NCBI RefSeq assembly: GCF_006345805.1
Contig: NC_043007.1
Span: forward strand, 57,040,001 to 57,104,000
Length of the DNA: 64,000 nt
Origin: Octopus sinensis
Lineage: Eukaryota
Direction: 5' to 3'
A model generated the notes under the pieces. That model was not told the DNA's origin. It saw nothing but the letters and a program-made list of their open reading frames with translations, and did no database searches. The position numbers and the translations under genes were made by a program. Below are positions 38,676 through 52,539 of the stretch, piece by piece (the stretch's first letter is position 1; every line of letters begins with the position of its first letter).

Positions 38676-41036
38676 ACAAATATAAAAGGTTTAAGATACA
38701 TGATTTGCTCTTTTATTTCTTTCCCAAATTCACACTATTTCACATATATATTTTTCTTTTCCTTTGGGGAAAGGTAGCTGTGTATAAAAATAAGAAGAAA
38801 TATGAAATCAAGAAACCTTGATGCCTTCAGTGTGGGTGTGAGTAATGTAAGTGAAATAAAACAGTTACAGTTATCATCATCATCATCATCATCGTTTAAC
38901 GTCCATTTTCCATGCTAGCATGGGTTGGATGGTTCGACCAGGGTCTGGGAAGCCAGGAGGCTGCACCAGGCTCCAGTCTGATCTGGCAGTGTTTCTACAG
39001 CTGGATGCCCTTCCTAATGCCAACCACTCCGTGAGTGTAGTGGGTGCTTTTTACATGTTACCAGCACAGGTGCCAGAGGAGGCTGGCAGCAGCCACAATC
39101 GGTTGGTGCTTTTTACGTGCCACAGGCATGGAAGCCAGTCAAGTCGGCACTGGCATCGGCCCCGTTCGGATGGTGCTTTTTATGTGCCCACCGGCACAGG
39201 TATCACAACTACAAATTCCATTCGATTTTTTTATTTTGATGTTGATGTACTTGACTCAATAGGTCTCCTCAAGCACAGCAGGTCACCCTATGAACCAAGG
39301 TAAGCAGTGCAGGCTGTTCTGAGATCCAAGGTACTTTGGATGGGCTGGGGCTGCTATGTGAAACTGATGCAGGAAACAGCCATGAACTCATGTTATTTGT
39401 TGGGTCTTTGCAATCACAGCATATCTCCAGAGATCTCAGTCTTTTGTCATTGCAACCATTTTAGGAGGAAACTCAGAGTATTGAAAATGTTGAAGTATAT
39501 CAGTATCTTACAGTGTCACATGGTTTACAATTTGTAGGGAATTTGTATCCTTGGGAGTGAAATTAGGGAGATAGAAAGTGAAATTTAAGTCTATAGTTGT
39601 GTTGCAGTTAGCACACTGACTGCCTGAGATTTAACTGCTAACTGAATGACCAAGGAGCTGAGTCAAGCAAACAAGTGGATACACTTGTTGAAATGGAAAT
39701 CCACTTATTGTGCTTTATTGTTCCTTTGTAGAAAAAACTGTAATGAAATGCTTTTAGATTTATAAATTATACTTTTAAGCTAATGTAAATAGACAATAGT
39801 TAATATTTATGTTAAGCTAATATTTATATTGAGTTAATATTTACTCATATACTAAATACTAATAATGTAGCTAGAATAGATTTCAAATTTTGGCACAAGG
39901 CCAGCAATTTCAGGGGAGTGCTCCACTGGTATTTGTTTTATCAAGTGAAGACTGGCGAAATTGCCTAAAGCCTTTTGCCTGGCGTACTAACGATTTTGCA
40001 GCTCGCAGTCTTAATAATGTAGTTAACATACCCTTATAAAATTGCATGCAACTCAGAAAGAAACAAAAAATAATGAAATATATATATATATATATATAAA
40101 TAAAGAAAACATATTGCAAGCATGCTATCAAACTTATTTAATGGAAAGTAAATATCAAAACAAGAAGAGAGTCAGCATTCATGGACAAAGTTGCAAAAGG
40201 CAACGAAAATTTTAGAAGAAAAAATATAATAAATAACTGGAACTCGAATCGGTAAGTGGGTTAGATAATTAGGTATTAAGATTCTCTCCCGATACAACAT
40301 AAAACAGGAAGAGTTTTGTCCCTTACACTTTTCCTACTTATTCCCCTTGCTCTGTGTGAGTTCTGATTGAAGGATTTATTCGAATTGCTTGAAAGCACGC
40401 TAGAATAAAATAGATTTAAAACTACCGTTGATGTGATATTTGGGGACGGCTAAGACTGTTGAGCAAACGTCGATGAACTATATTACAATGCTTTCTCTTG
40501 TTACTTTTGGTTCTTATATCCTCAAAGCTGGATTTTGTTTTTTACATCTCCCTTAACACACATACACACACACACACACACACGTTCATGAGCACCAGCA
40601 GCGCAACATCTAATAATATTCACTAAAATAATATTCTCCCTATGAATGGTTGTTGGGCTTTTCCCTAGTAGACTATTGGCACAAGTATGGTTGTGGGGTT
40701 AAGTAACTGGCTTCGGGACTACACGGTTCGGGGTTCGATCCCATAGCGTACATACATTCACGAATGCATACATACATGCATTCATGAAAGTATGCATACG
40801 TTCATGCATGCATACATATTTGCATGTATACATATATGCATGCATACATGTATACATACATATATGTATGCATATATGTATGTATACATGTATGCATCAA
40901 ATTTGTTAAGTATGATTATAAACACATACATTTCATTCAACGCTGCTTCGTTCGCCTCCAATATATATGTATGTATATAAGTATGTATATATATATATAT
41001 ATACTTTATTTTAAGCAGCAGAAAATTCAACAAAAT

Positions 41037-41074
41037 CTGTTACTCTGAGTTTCTCGTTGCCGTTCATCAGACAG
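41037..41074 (-). ncRNA. Minimal type I hammerhead ribozyme motif (family C)
   Basis: Minus strand: ctgt-CTGATGA-a cg gcaa cg a-GAAA-ctc a gag-TA-acag. The core is intact with a GUA site and 1-nt loop III; there is an A-A mismatch at the base of stem II. Confidence 0.7.
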
Positions 41075-41082
41075 TTTACTCC

Positions 41083-41143
<61 letters not shown>

Positions 41144-41155
41144 ATATATATATAT

Positions 41156-41270
<115 letters not shown>

Positions 41271-41663
41271 TATTATATATATAATAATATATATATATAT
41301 ATATATAATATATATATGTATGTATATAATATATATATGTATGTATATAATATATAACTTAGAATAACTTAGAAAGGTTTTTGGCCATATATGTATGTAT
41401 GTATGTATGTATACATGTATGTATGTATACATGTATGTATGTATGTATGTATGTATACATGTATGTATGTATGTATGTATACATGTATGTATGTATATAT
41501 GTATGTATGTATACATGTATGTATGTATGCATGTATGTATGCATGCATGTATACATGCATGCATACATGTATACATATATATGCATACACACACAACACA
41601 CACACACATATATATATATGTTCATCAGACAGTTTACTCCGGTATATATATGTATATATATTA

Positions 41664-41712
<49 letters not shown>

Positions 41713-42030
41713 ATATATATGTATGTATATAATATATATATATATATGTATATAATATATAACTTAGAATAACTTAGAAAGGTTTTTGGCCATATATGTA
41801 TGTATGTATGTATACATGTATGTATGTATACATGTATGTATGCATACATGTATGTATGTATGTATGTATGTATGTATGTATGTATACATGTATGTATGTA
41901 TGTATGTATACATGTATGTATGTATATATGTATGTATGTATGTATACATGTATGTATACATGTATGTATGCATGTATGTATGTATGCATGCATGTATACA
42001 TGCATGCATACATGTATACATATATATATG

Positions 42031-42129
<99 letters not shown>

Positions 42130-42130
42130 A

Positions 42131-42545
42131 TCTCTTATTATAAAAGGCAGATTTTATCTGCCTCCCTTTGGAGTTATACAAATCTACAATATAGGATTTC
42201 TTCAATTACAATTTACCTAGCAATTTTAAGAGTACAATGCATCGCGTCATGCCAGGTCCAGTTTTTAAAATTTAAACTCCAATTAAGCAAAATTTACAGA
42301 AAACTCACATTCTGGTGTGTGTGTCAAATGCTTTTCTTAATCTGGTTTACACCACACGCAAACGCACACACACAGTGGGCAACGAATAAAATGAAAGTAA
42401 ATAGCGACAGAGTGATTTGAGGAAGACTAAAGTGAAAGTATTCTGTCTATGACGCTGATAGATACATGAGTAAAATGTATGGGAAGCTAAGAGCTAAGAG
42501 TGAGTGAAAATGTTCTTGGAAGAGAGTAATTAGTAATAAAGTAAA
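42131..42545 (+). mobile_element. Helitron 5' segment (near-identical to 44116-44385 over ~270 bp)
   Basis: A|TCtcttattataaaaggcagattttatctgcc start, duplicated at 44116. Confidence 0.7.
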
Positions 42546-42944
42546 CATACACTCATACATACATACATACATACATACATACATACATACATACATACAT
42601 ACATACATACATACATACATACATACACACACACACCACACACACACATACACACACACATACATACACACACATACATACATACACACATACATACATA
42701 CATACATATACATACATACATACATATACATACATACATACATACACACACACACATACACACACACACAGTATTGAAGCTTGAGAACAATCAGATACAT
42801 TTGCAACACATCTGTTGAAAATATTATTGTTCACACACATACATATACATATATACATACAGACAGACAGACAGATAGACACACACACACACACACATGA
42901 TCCAGCATGGCCACAACCTCAAGGCTGAAACATATAAAAGAATA

Positions 42945-43310
42945 ACAGAATATAAATGTGTGCAAAGTACAAGAAATATTAATGCAGTATATGGGGATTG
43001 GACAATAAGCGTAAGGCAGTGTCAATGGTGGTTCCAGAAATCCCGAGCCATAAACTACAGCCTAGAAGACGAGCCTCATCCTGAAAGATCTGTAGAACTC
43101 GACAAGGACATCCTGAAAACCCTGGTGGAACAAAATATCATCGTAACTGTTGAGGAACTAGCAGAGAAGCTTGGATTTGGTCATTCAACCATTCATTGAG
43201 ACCTGTGTGCTATCGGAAAAGTCAGCAAATTGGGTCAATGGGTTCCTCACGAACTTTCCGAGTCTAATTGCATGCAGAGAGTGAATGTATGCTTTTCTTT
43301 GCTGTCATAT
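42945..43310 (+). mobile_element. Mariner transposase N-terminal fragment
   Basis: RNINAVYG..QWWFQK..SLEDEP..TVEELAEKLG..*..GKVSKLGQWVPHEL: HTH region plus the WVPHEL motif, with an in-frame stop. Confidence 0.85.
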
Positions 43311-43334
43311 CTCACCACTACTGCGCTATGTATA

Positions 43335-43971
43335 TCTATATATATAAAACTGTAGTTGTGTGAGTGTCTGTCCCCTTCGATTTAGATTCCTAACTACTCC
43401 CACATTTTGTGGTACAGTTTAACCAAATTCGGGTAACTTATAGTCGTGATTCATATCGAGCCCGTCTGAATATTAGCGCGCGTCTACGATGAGTCTACGA
43501 TTTTAAAAATAATTTAACATCATTTTTTATTCCATTTTAATGCATAATTTTTCGTGTGTCGATGGCGGCGGAGTTGGCGTCCACGCTCACACCTGCACCT
43601 GTGGGGAAGGGAGTGTAAGGAAATCAACGTCGTAATGCGTTGTCAAGGAGACCAGTGTTCTTTTAGAACAACGACTTCATGGCTTGAAGACACCAAAACA
43701 GAAATGGCTAAGAAAGCGTCTACATGAGTCTACAATTTAAAAAAAAATTTACCATCGTTTTTTTTCCATTTTAATGCATTTTTTCGCTATTATATAAGGG
43801 AAGTAACTCTCTAAAAATGTCTACGATGAGCCAACGATTTAAAAAAAAATTTACCATCATATTTTTTCCATTTTTAATGCATTTTTTGCTATTTTTTGGC
43901 TATAACTCTCTAAAAATGCTTATATAGTTATTTCCCTTACAAACCCGAGCAACGCCGGGCGATACTGCTAG
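43335..43971 (+). mobile_element. Non-autonomous Helitron
   Basis: A|TC start; 3' hairpin cccgagcaacgccggg then CTAG|T. Confidence 0.8.
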
Positions 43972-44115
43972 TGCATATATATATGTATACATGTATGCAT
44001 GCATGTATACATGCATGCATACATACATACATGCATACATACATGTATACATACATACTTGTATACATACATACATACATATATACATACATACATGTAT
44101 ACATACATACATACA

Positions 44116-45608
44116 TCTCTTATTATAAAAGGCAGATTTTATCTGCCTCCCTTTGGGAGTTATACAAATCTACAATATAGGATTTCTTCAATTACAATTT
44201 ACCTAGCAGTTTTGAGAGTACAATGCATCGCGTCATGCCAGGTCCAGTTTTTAAAATTTAAACTCCAATTAAGCAAAATTTACAGAAAACTCACATTCTG
44301 GTGTGTGTGTCAAATGCTTTTCTTAGTCTGGTTTACAGCACACGCAAACGCACACACACAGTGGGCAAGGAATAAAATGAAAGTAATTCACTTACTGTAG
44401 TGAGTGATTCTTTCACTCTGCCTCCCACTTCCTAATTACACACATAGAAAAAACTTTTATTTTTTTACATAAGTAATGAGAGCGAAAGAGACTAAGAGAA
44501 AGCGATTGTATGACGAGGGAAGTTCCTTTGAAGTTACCGTGCATGGGACTCATTGATGTACATGTGTGTGTGTTTGATGGAGTGTGGGAGACAGACAGTA
44601 TGTTGTGTAAGTGAAGTGCTTCTGTTAGAGTGTGTGAAGAGACAGAGAGAGTAATGTGTGAAAGAGAGAGATAACTGAAATTTTTTACTCGGTTTATGTG
44701 TATATGTATGTATGCATGTATGTGTGTGTGTGTGTGTGTATGTATGTGTGTGTGTATGTATGTATTTATATATAAAAGAAAGGTTGTGTGTCTGTCTACT
44801 CCGATTTAGATTCCTAACTACTCCCACATTTTGCGATGCAGTTTAACCAAAACCGGGTATCTTATAGTCGTGATTCATATCGAGCCCTTCTGGGTATTAG
44901 CGCGCGTCTACGATGAGTCTATGATTTTACAAATAATTTACCATCATTTTTTTCCATTTTAATGCATATTTTTTAAAATAAACGGAAGTAACTCTCAAAC
45001 TTCACACCAATATGCGTGCTCATATGCGACGTAATATCACATCACCAGCATTTCCTCACACCCTCCTTGCACTTGGCGAAGGCAAAATACCAGGGGATGA
45101 AAATGGTAATATTGCCATCGATTCCATTTGTACCATTGTTAAGACGCCTTCTGATCTCAGAGATGCAGTGTTCCCAGATTTACAAGCTAATTATCAGAAT
45201 ATGGATTGGATTGGCAAAAAGGCTATACTGGCCCCGAGGAATAAAACTGTTCACCATATTAATGATGAAATGCTAAAACTCATTCCTGGGGAAGTCGATG
45301 TATATCAGTCTATCGATACAACTCCTGACCCAGAGGACGTCATCAACTATCCAATAGAGGTACTCAATTCCTTTGAGCACCCCGGACTACCACCACACTT
45401 TCTCAAACTTAAAGTTAGTGCCCCTATAATGCTCATCAGAAATTTGGTTCCCCCAAAACAATGCAATGGCACACGTTTGGCGTTAAGTCCTTATCTCCCA
45501 CCGTAAGCTTATTTCAATATTTGCCTGAATAATCATCATAATTCAGTGCAATCATTAACAGTACTTTCAAGCAATTCAGCCCCGAGCAACGCCGGGCAAT
45601 TCTGCTAG
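44116..45608 (+). mobile_element. Composite Helitron carrying a Pif1-type helicase fragment
   Basis: A|TC start; internal second 5'-like segment at ~44765 similar to 43335; 3' hairpin cccgagcaacgccggg then CTAG|T. Confidence 0.8.
45012..45506 (+). pseudogene. Helitron RepHel Pif1 helicase C-terminal fragment
   Basis: NMRAH, LLALGEG, AILAPRN, YQSID, YPIEVLNS and GLPPHFLKLKVSAPIMLIRNL..CNGTRL motifs; truncated on both sides. Confidence 0.88.
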
Positions 45609-45761
45609 TACATGTATACATACATACATACATACATGTATGCATACATAAATGTATACATACATACATGTATACATACATACATATATGGCCAAAAACC
45701 TTTCTAAGTTATTCTAAGTTATATATTATATACATACATATATATATTATATACATACATA

Positions 45762-45832
<71 letters not shown>

Positions 45833-46240
45833 CATATATATACCGGAGTAAACTGTCTGATGAACATATATATATGTGTGTGTGTGTGTGTTGTATGCAT
45901 ATATATATGTATACATGTATGCATGCATGTATACATGCATGCATACATACATACATGCATACATACATGTATACATACATACATGTATACATACATACAT
46001 ACATATATACATACATACATGTATACATACATACATACATACATGTATACATACATACATACATACATACATGTATACATACATACATACATGTATACAT
46101 ACATACATACATACATACATGTATACATACATACATGTATACATACATACATACATACATATATGGCCAAAAACCTTTCTAAGTTATTCTAAGTTATATA
46201 TTATATACATATATATACCGGAGTAAACTGTCTGATGAAC

Positions 46241-46272
<32 letters not shown>

Positions 46273-46600
46273 ATGCATATATATATGTATACATGTATGC
46301 ATGCATGTATACATGCATGCATACATACATACATGCATACATACATGTATACATACATACATGTATACATACATACATACATATATACATACATACATGT
46401 ATACATACATACATACATACATGTATACATACATACATACATACATACATGTATACATACATACATACATGTATACATACATACATACATACATACATGT
46501 ATACATACATACATGTATACATACATACATACATACATATATGGCCAAAAACCTTTCTAAGTTATTCTAAGTTATATATTATATACATACATATATATAT

Positions 46601-46680
<80 letters not shown>

Positions 46681-47699
46681 TACTGGAGGCGAACGAAGCA
46701 GCGTTGAATGAAATGTATGTGTGTATAATCACACTTAACAAATTCGTTTACACTAGACGCAGGAAGATCTTTCATCTCGGAAATAGTCTCATAAGAAAAT
46801 CCTCCTCGTAGAAAATGTGTAAGAAAACATAATTGGGCTATGAATGATGAATGCCCGCGTTTCTGCATCATCGGCTTCAAATACTGAATCAATCCTTCAC
46901 TGCCCTGGGATGAATCTTCGGTGGTCAATGGAAAATGCATGTCTATGCAAAGCCCACTAGACCGCATATTTTGTTCATCTCGGTGTTCACAAGTCGTACA
47001 AAGCATTCTTCATGTTCTACACCGACAAAAATAAATAAATAAAAAGAAAGACTGTGCAGGAATCATTACACTGTATAACCAATTTTTCTTTTTTCGTCTT
47101 TGGTTGATAAGCGTTATTTCCTATTTGCTTTTATCTAAAAATCAAAGTTAAACGACTATTATTCTGTTCAAACTTTGATTTTGTGGCCTAGATATCAATG
47201 TTTTGAAACTGAAACCCATTTTCCATTACTTTTCAAACAGATTCAGCTCTGAGTTGCTGAAGCAGAAATATCGTATTAGCAAATATTCTGTTCAATACCA
47301 CAGAGTTGCTTATCAGTTGCTTAACTTAACCATTTGAGCATGTCCACTAGTGACCGACAATGTGTGTATCTCTGATCATGAGCAGAAGTAGAGGGTGAGC
47401 AACACAGCCATGTGTTGAGAGGGATTCTTTGGGGTTTGAATGAATATCGTAACAAACGCAAAGTTGGAAGGAAATATTTTTCATACTTTCTAGGGATAAA
47501 TAAATAGGAAATATTAGTTTGCTACCCAAACACAAAAATCGTGTTACACAGTGTTAGCGTTCCTAGGGCATCATTTGGTATGTTCCTTCTATGCACCTCT
47601 TCTAAACGACTATCAAAATACTCTTTTATCATTTTGTTCTCTATAACCATCTCTTTCCCAAATCAAATGCAAGCTTCTATTATTTTTCTCGGAACAAAA

Positions 47700-48245
47700 T
47701 CCACCACCTTTTGTTGATGAAGCGTCCAGTCAACTCCCGCTTAATTACTTCCTTAATCCTGTCCCTAAAATCGTTGGAAAGGACGCCTTCATCTGCCAGT
47801 ATTGGGTCCTTCTTTATTCGTCTTTTCCAAGTTGAACGTAGAGGTCCCAGATTTGTGGTCTTTGTAGTTAACTACCCGATATTGCAAACAACCTATCTGA
47901 CAAGTCTGACGAGTCATCTCCCTTCAATTAACCACGTCCACACAATCCTGACCTGCACCCAATATCCCATTCTACCCGTTCGTTCACTAATATTAAGAAA
48001 CAAGTTGTTCCTTGGCGTTTAAAGAAATCCGGTCGTTCGGCTTCTCTTGAGGCATAAACCACAACTAATCTGGAAGTTCTACTCTCGTCTTTACTGCTAT
48101 CCACATTCAAGATTATCAACTTACTCATCAGATTTACGAAAACCGTACTTACCTTTACGTCCAGGGCCTTCCGAAGCAGAACCGTCACACCACCCAATCT
48201 AGGCCGAAAGAAGAAGGCACAAACGAAGCAACCCCAGTACATATT
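47700..48245 (-). mobile_element. L1/Tx1-type AP-endonuclease fragment
   Basis: GGVTVLLRK..LIILNV..RLVVVYA..DFF peptides on the minus strand. Confidence 0.6.
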
Positions 48246-48337
48246 TTTTTAAAGCCTGTTACTAATTTTATCGGATTCTTTTGTCGAACCGAAGACACAC
48301 ACACACACACACGCACTCGGGCACGCACGCACGCACA

Positions 48338-48398
<61 letters not shown>

Positions 48399-49384
48399 GA
48401 CAGGATTCTTGTAGTTTTCGTCTACCCAGTCTACTCACAGGGTGACACTTGCCTATGTTTCCACGCAGTGGGACTGAACACGGAACCATGTGGTTAGGAA
48501 GCAGACACCTTACCGCATAGCCACGCTCGCGCCTATCGTAGCTGAACTTTTCACATTTTATGCTTATCTTCTCTAGGAGTATATTCTTTTTATTTTACCG
48601 TTTTCTTTGCTTACTTTCCCGCAGTCTTCAGGAACTAAGGTAGAGGTGATCAACTCTGATGAACAACAGTTACTGCGAGTCGCTATTGTTGTTTCAGCTC
48701 ATCTGAAAAGAAAGATTTTAAACGACTGAAGGACCATTCCTAACATTTTTCTCTCGGCACCCACTCATACTACAACTCCAGGGTCATTTTGTGGTTTTTG
48801 TGGGCTCAAGAAGACTTGTACATCCATAAAAGTCACACATATCACCAAAAGTTATCTCTGCGTTGATCACCAGCCCATATGGGGCTCTGAAGTTGACTAT
48901 GAACCAAGGGTTAACACTGTCACCGATGACCCATATTTTTTTGCTCCTTCGTCCCAAATATTGTGTGATTAGCCAATAGGAAAAAAACGTGCGTGTGTGT
49001 GTGACGAACAAATTTGTTTCTTCAATATGTCCTCAGTTTTAAACTAACACATTGAATCACATACTCTTCCTTACTGAAGAGTATCGTCGAGTTTACCCCC
49101 AGCTATTGTGTGGTAACCACAAGAAAAAGCCTCTGTAGCTTTGGCAATGCACAGTAAAGGTCATCTCTCTGTCTGTGATGGCTGCTAGCAAAACTGTTGG
49201 TAAAGCTAACGATGATCATTATGATTATTAACTTTAATGCAGCCAAGGTTGACTTTAACATTTCGCATTTCAAGGTCGCTAAAATAAGTACCAGCTGAGT
49301 ACTAGCGTCGATGTAATCGTCTTGCGCTCCCCTAAATAATTCCTACCACGTGCCAAAAATTAGAAAGAATTATCATTATTTCAT

Positions 49385-49930
49385 ATATGCACAACAGATT
49401 AAACTGTTGGAAGAGAAAAGTTCCTAACATCGGGCTACAAGTAACCTTAGGTGCCAAGCACCTCCCTAAGTATCCTAGCTGTCCCTAATTACACTGTTTT
49501 CTGGAGCTGCACTAAACTAAGTTTTATGCCTATTTCCTCTATCCATCTGTTCAAATCTTTAGGGACAATTCCTTATGCATCGATAACTACAGGGATACAT
49601 TTTACTGTGTAATGCTTTGTTTTCTGGATTGCTGGTGGGAGTTTATTTCTCAGGGTAAATGCTATATAGAGTGTGTCTTGTATTTGTGGGTTGTTTTGTT
49701 TAGGTTGTATTATTGGATTGATAGTGTCTTGCGTAGGATATGGGCTGTTCTTAGAAGGGCTATTTTTTGGACAGTGTGTAGTTTTGAGGATCCAAGTTTA
49801 GCTTCTACATTTTTGTTCATATGATTCTTTTTATCATGCCCAGTGCTCCAATTATTATTGGTATTGTTTATACCTTTATGCCCGACATTTTGAATACTTC
49901 AATTTCGAAGTCATTCTACTTCGACAATTT
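49385..49930 (-). mobile_element. R4/Dong-type LINE 3' remnants (RLE C-terminus)
   Basis: Minus-strand IIIGALGMIKK and LGTARILR-like peptides. Confidence 0.55.
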
Positions 49931-49944
49931 CTCCACTTCTATTT

Positions 49945-51660
49945 TGACTATGGAAACAGAATGGGAGAATTCTCAAATCTGTGAGCCGAGGAGCAGTGCT
50001 ACTGCTGAGAGAGATCCAAACAAAGGGGAGGTATTAGATCATTTTAGGCCCATCACTCTACTTAACGCAGATATGAAAACTGGTTGGAGACGCACAAACA
50101 TGCGCCGTCCCAAAAAGGTCCATCCACGACAACCTCCACTTTATGCACTACATCGTGGATAGGGTAGTTAAGAAACCTGGTATGGGCGGGCTTCTGATTA
50201 ATTTAGATCAGTCAAAAGCCTTTGATAGGGTTGGCCATCAATATCTGATGGCTGTTCTCACGGCGGCTGGTTTCGGTCCTGTTTTCTGCGGTTGGATCGC
50301 TGCCATGTAAAGAGTCATTTTCTCGGTAGTTCGGGTGAACCTATCGGAACCATTCAACATCGTGGGTTAGGTATCGCATGAACTAGGATATGGAAGAGTT
50401 GTGTCGGCATATGCAGACAACGTCACCATCATAGTGTCGGACGACAAGCACATAGACCTGATCAGGACTACTGTGAAAGAATGCGAGGAAGTAACGAGAG
50501 CAAGGGTTAATTCGGAAAAGTCGGTGGGCCTGCAGCTCAGCACCTGGAGAGGCAGATCCATGCCGACCGAAAGCGTTGTATGACGTTAGACGGTCGAGCC
50601 CGTAAAACTGCTCGGGGTCTGGTTCGGATGGGACCTCCATCTGGAGAAGAACTGGAGCGAGGTGATGAGCAGGGTAACCAGTCTCACCAAAAAATGGGCC
50701 AAGAGGAAGCTATTCTTGAACGGTCGAGTAGAGCTGGCGAACACATACGTCATTGACAACCACCTCACCGTCGTGCCTTTCCCCAGTTTGTACCTGGTCA
50801 AACTGAAGCGTTTGCTTTTCTGCCTCTTATGGAAAGGACGGACTCCGCGGGTCAGGCGGTCCATTTGCTGTTAACATATGCGCAGACATATGCTGAGGTT
50901 GCGGCACATCCAGCGTTTCCTCGATGACGGTGAGCAGGTGTGGTCGCCGTTTATAAGACTCGCTTTCCCGCAGCTCGTTCCTTTAACTGAGCTGCAATCT
51001 TGGATCAAACGTAGACCGAGGCTAAGCGTCTGGCACCTTGAGTGCCATCAGGCGTTCACGCTCCTCAGCCGGTCCGGCAGTGCGGTTAGTGGAAGTTCTA
51101 GTATGGCATTGTATTGAGGGTTAGTGAAAAGAAACGACGACGTTCTAGGGTAGACTTTAGGCGTCGATGAATTTCAACTCGCCAGTCTGTTCCGGAGGAC
51201 TTTCGGGCTGGGGCCTATGGATAACTTCTAGAAATCCCTGGCCTGGTAGTGATACAGGGGGCTTTACCTGTTCGAGATAAACTCTACAGTCGAGGAAGTA
51301 CCGTCAGTCGGACCTGCCCGAGATGTGCGTAGAGCAACGAAACCGTTCTGCACGCTCGCGTCCAGTGCCCGAGCATATCTGATTTATGGGTTTATGTCGA
51401 ACACATGCTGTCGGCTAATTCCATAAAGGAGATTACCCCGCCGACTTCCTTTGACCAGCAAGGGGAAGCAATTTTCATCTGTCTCGTGGCTGTAGCGAAG
51501 GAGGTTGTGTGGTGGTCTAGACTGAAAAGGTTGAAGACAAATACTTTCCTCTTTGGCCTACCCTTCATCAACTTTTTCAGATACCATCTGAAAAAGAAAG
51601 TGAGGGTTGAAAGAGAAGTGCTGACTTGTAGCAAGTTTGTTAAAAGGTGGGTGAATGTTG
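49945..51660 (+). mobile_element. Decayed L1/Tx1-type LINE ORF2 (RT plus C-terminal zinc finger)
   Basis: FRPITLLNAD, LINLDQSKAFDRV, SAYADNVT and CPRC..ETVLHA..QC, with many stops and frameshifts. Confidence 0.85.
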
Positions 51661-52500
51661 GTAGTTGGGTACTGATACTTCCAAGTGCACCAATCCCCAT
51701 TGTTATCAGGTCCATTTTCTTCATTTCCCACAACCTGCATATTTCCCACATTAATTCATAGTTGTTCATTTTTTCTTCTTCTTTCCCTTCAATCCTGTTG
51801 TCACTAGAACATGCTATATCAATTATCAGGCATGTTTTTTTTTTCTTTTCTGCTCACTACAACAATGTCAAGGTTTTGATGTTTAATATGACGGTCACGT
51901 TGAATCATTGCATCCCACAGGATTTTGCAATTCCTATTCTCAGTAACACCTGGAATTTAATCTAACTATTTAAAAAATCCTTTTAGACCATAACTTTCAC
52001 AAAGGTCTCAATGGTTCAGTCTTGCCATATTGTCATGTCGCTTTTTGTTTTGACTTTGTGCCGATTTAGGACATTCACTAATAATGTGCCACACTGTTTC
52101 ATCCTTCTTGCAACAAATTCTGTATTTGTCGCTGTTTTATCAATTTCGCACTTAACATAATTCGTCTCCAATGCATATAAATACTTCTGCTTCTATCTTC
52201 GAGTCACTCCTCCACATCCATAATCACCAGCCTTCTCTATCTGTCTTTGCACTCTTGCAAACTGTCCGTACGTTTTTTCCCTTTCCATGCCATTTCTTTT
52301 TCTTTCAAATTTTTCTTTCTCAATACAATTATTAGTTTTGATGATGCCGGACTTCTTAACATGCATCAACAGTGGCTCCACGGCAGTTTTTACATGTCAC
52401 CCTACATTGTCTCCCTCTGTTTCAACACAATCCTGACAACTGATCAAACCTCCCCCACCATTTCCTCTGAATCGAGAGAGATGAAATAGTTGTAAAGTTG
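51660..52500 (-). mobile_element. R4/Dong-type LINE fragment (zinc knuckle/RLE region)
   Basis: Minus-strand YGQFAR, CCKKDETVWHIISEC, IIDIAC and GIGALGSI peptides. Confidence 0.65.
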
Positions 52501-52539
52501 AAAACACCACCTGAGATAATCCAGGCTACGATACGCCGC

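Noticed and set aside
45012-45506. Cellular PIF1 gene
   Set aside because: An intronless fragment bounded by Helitron termini.
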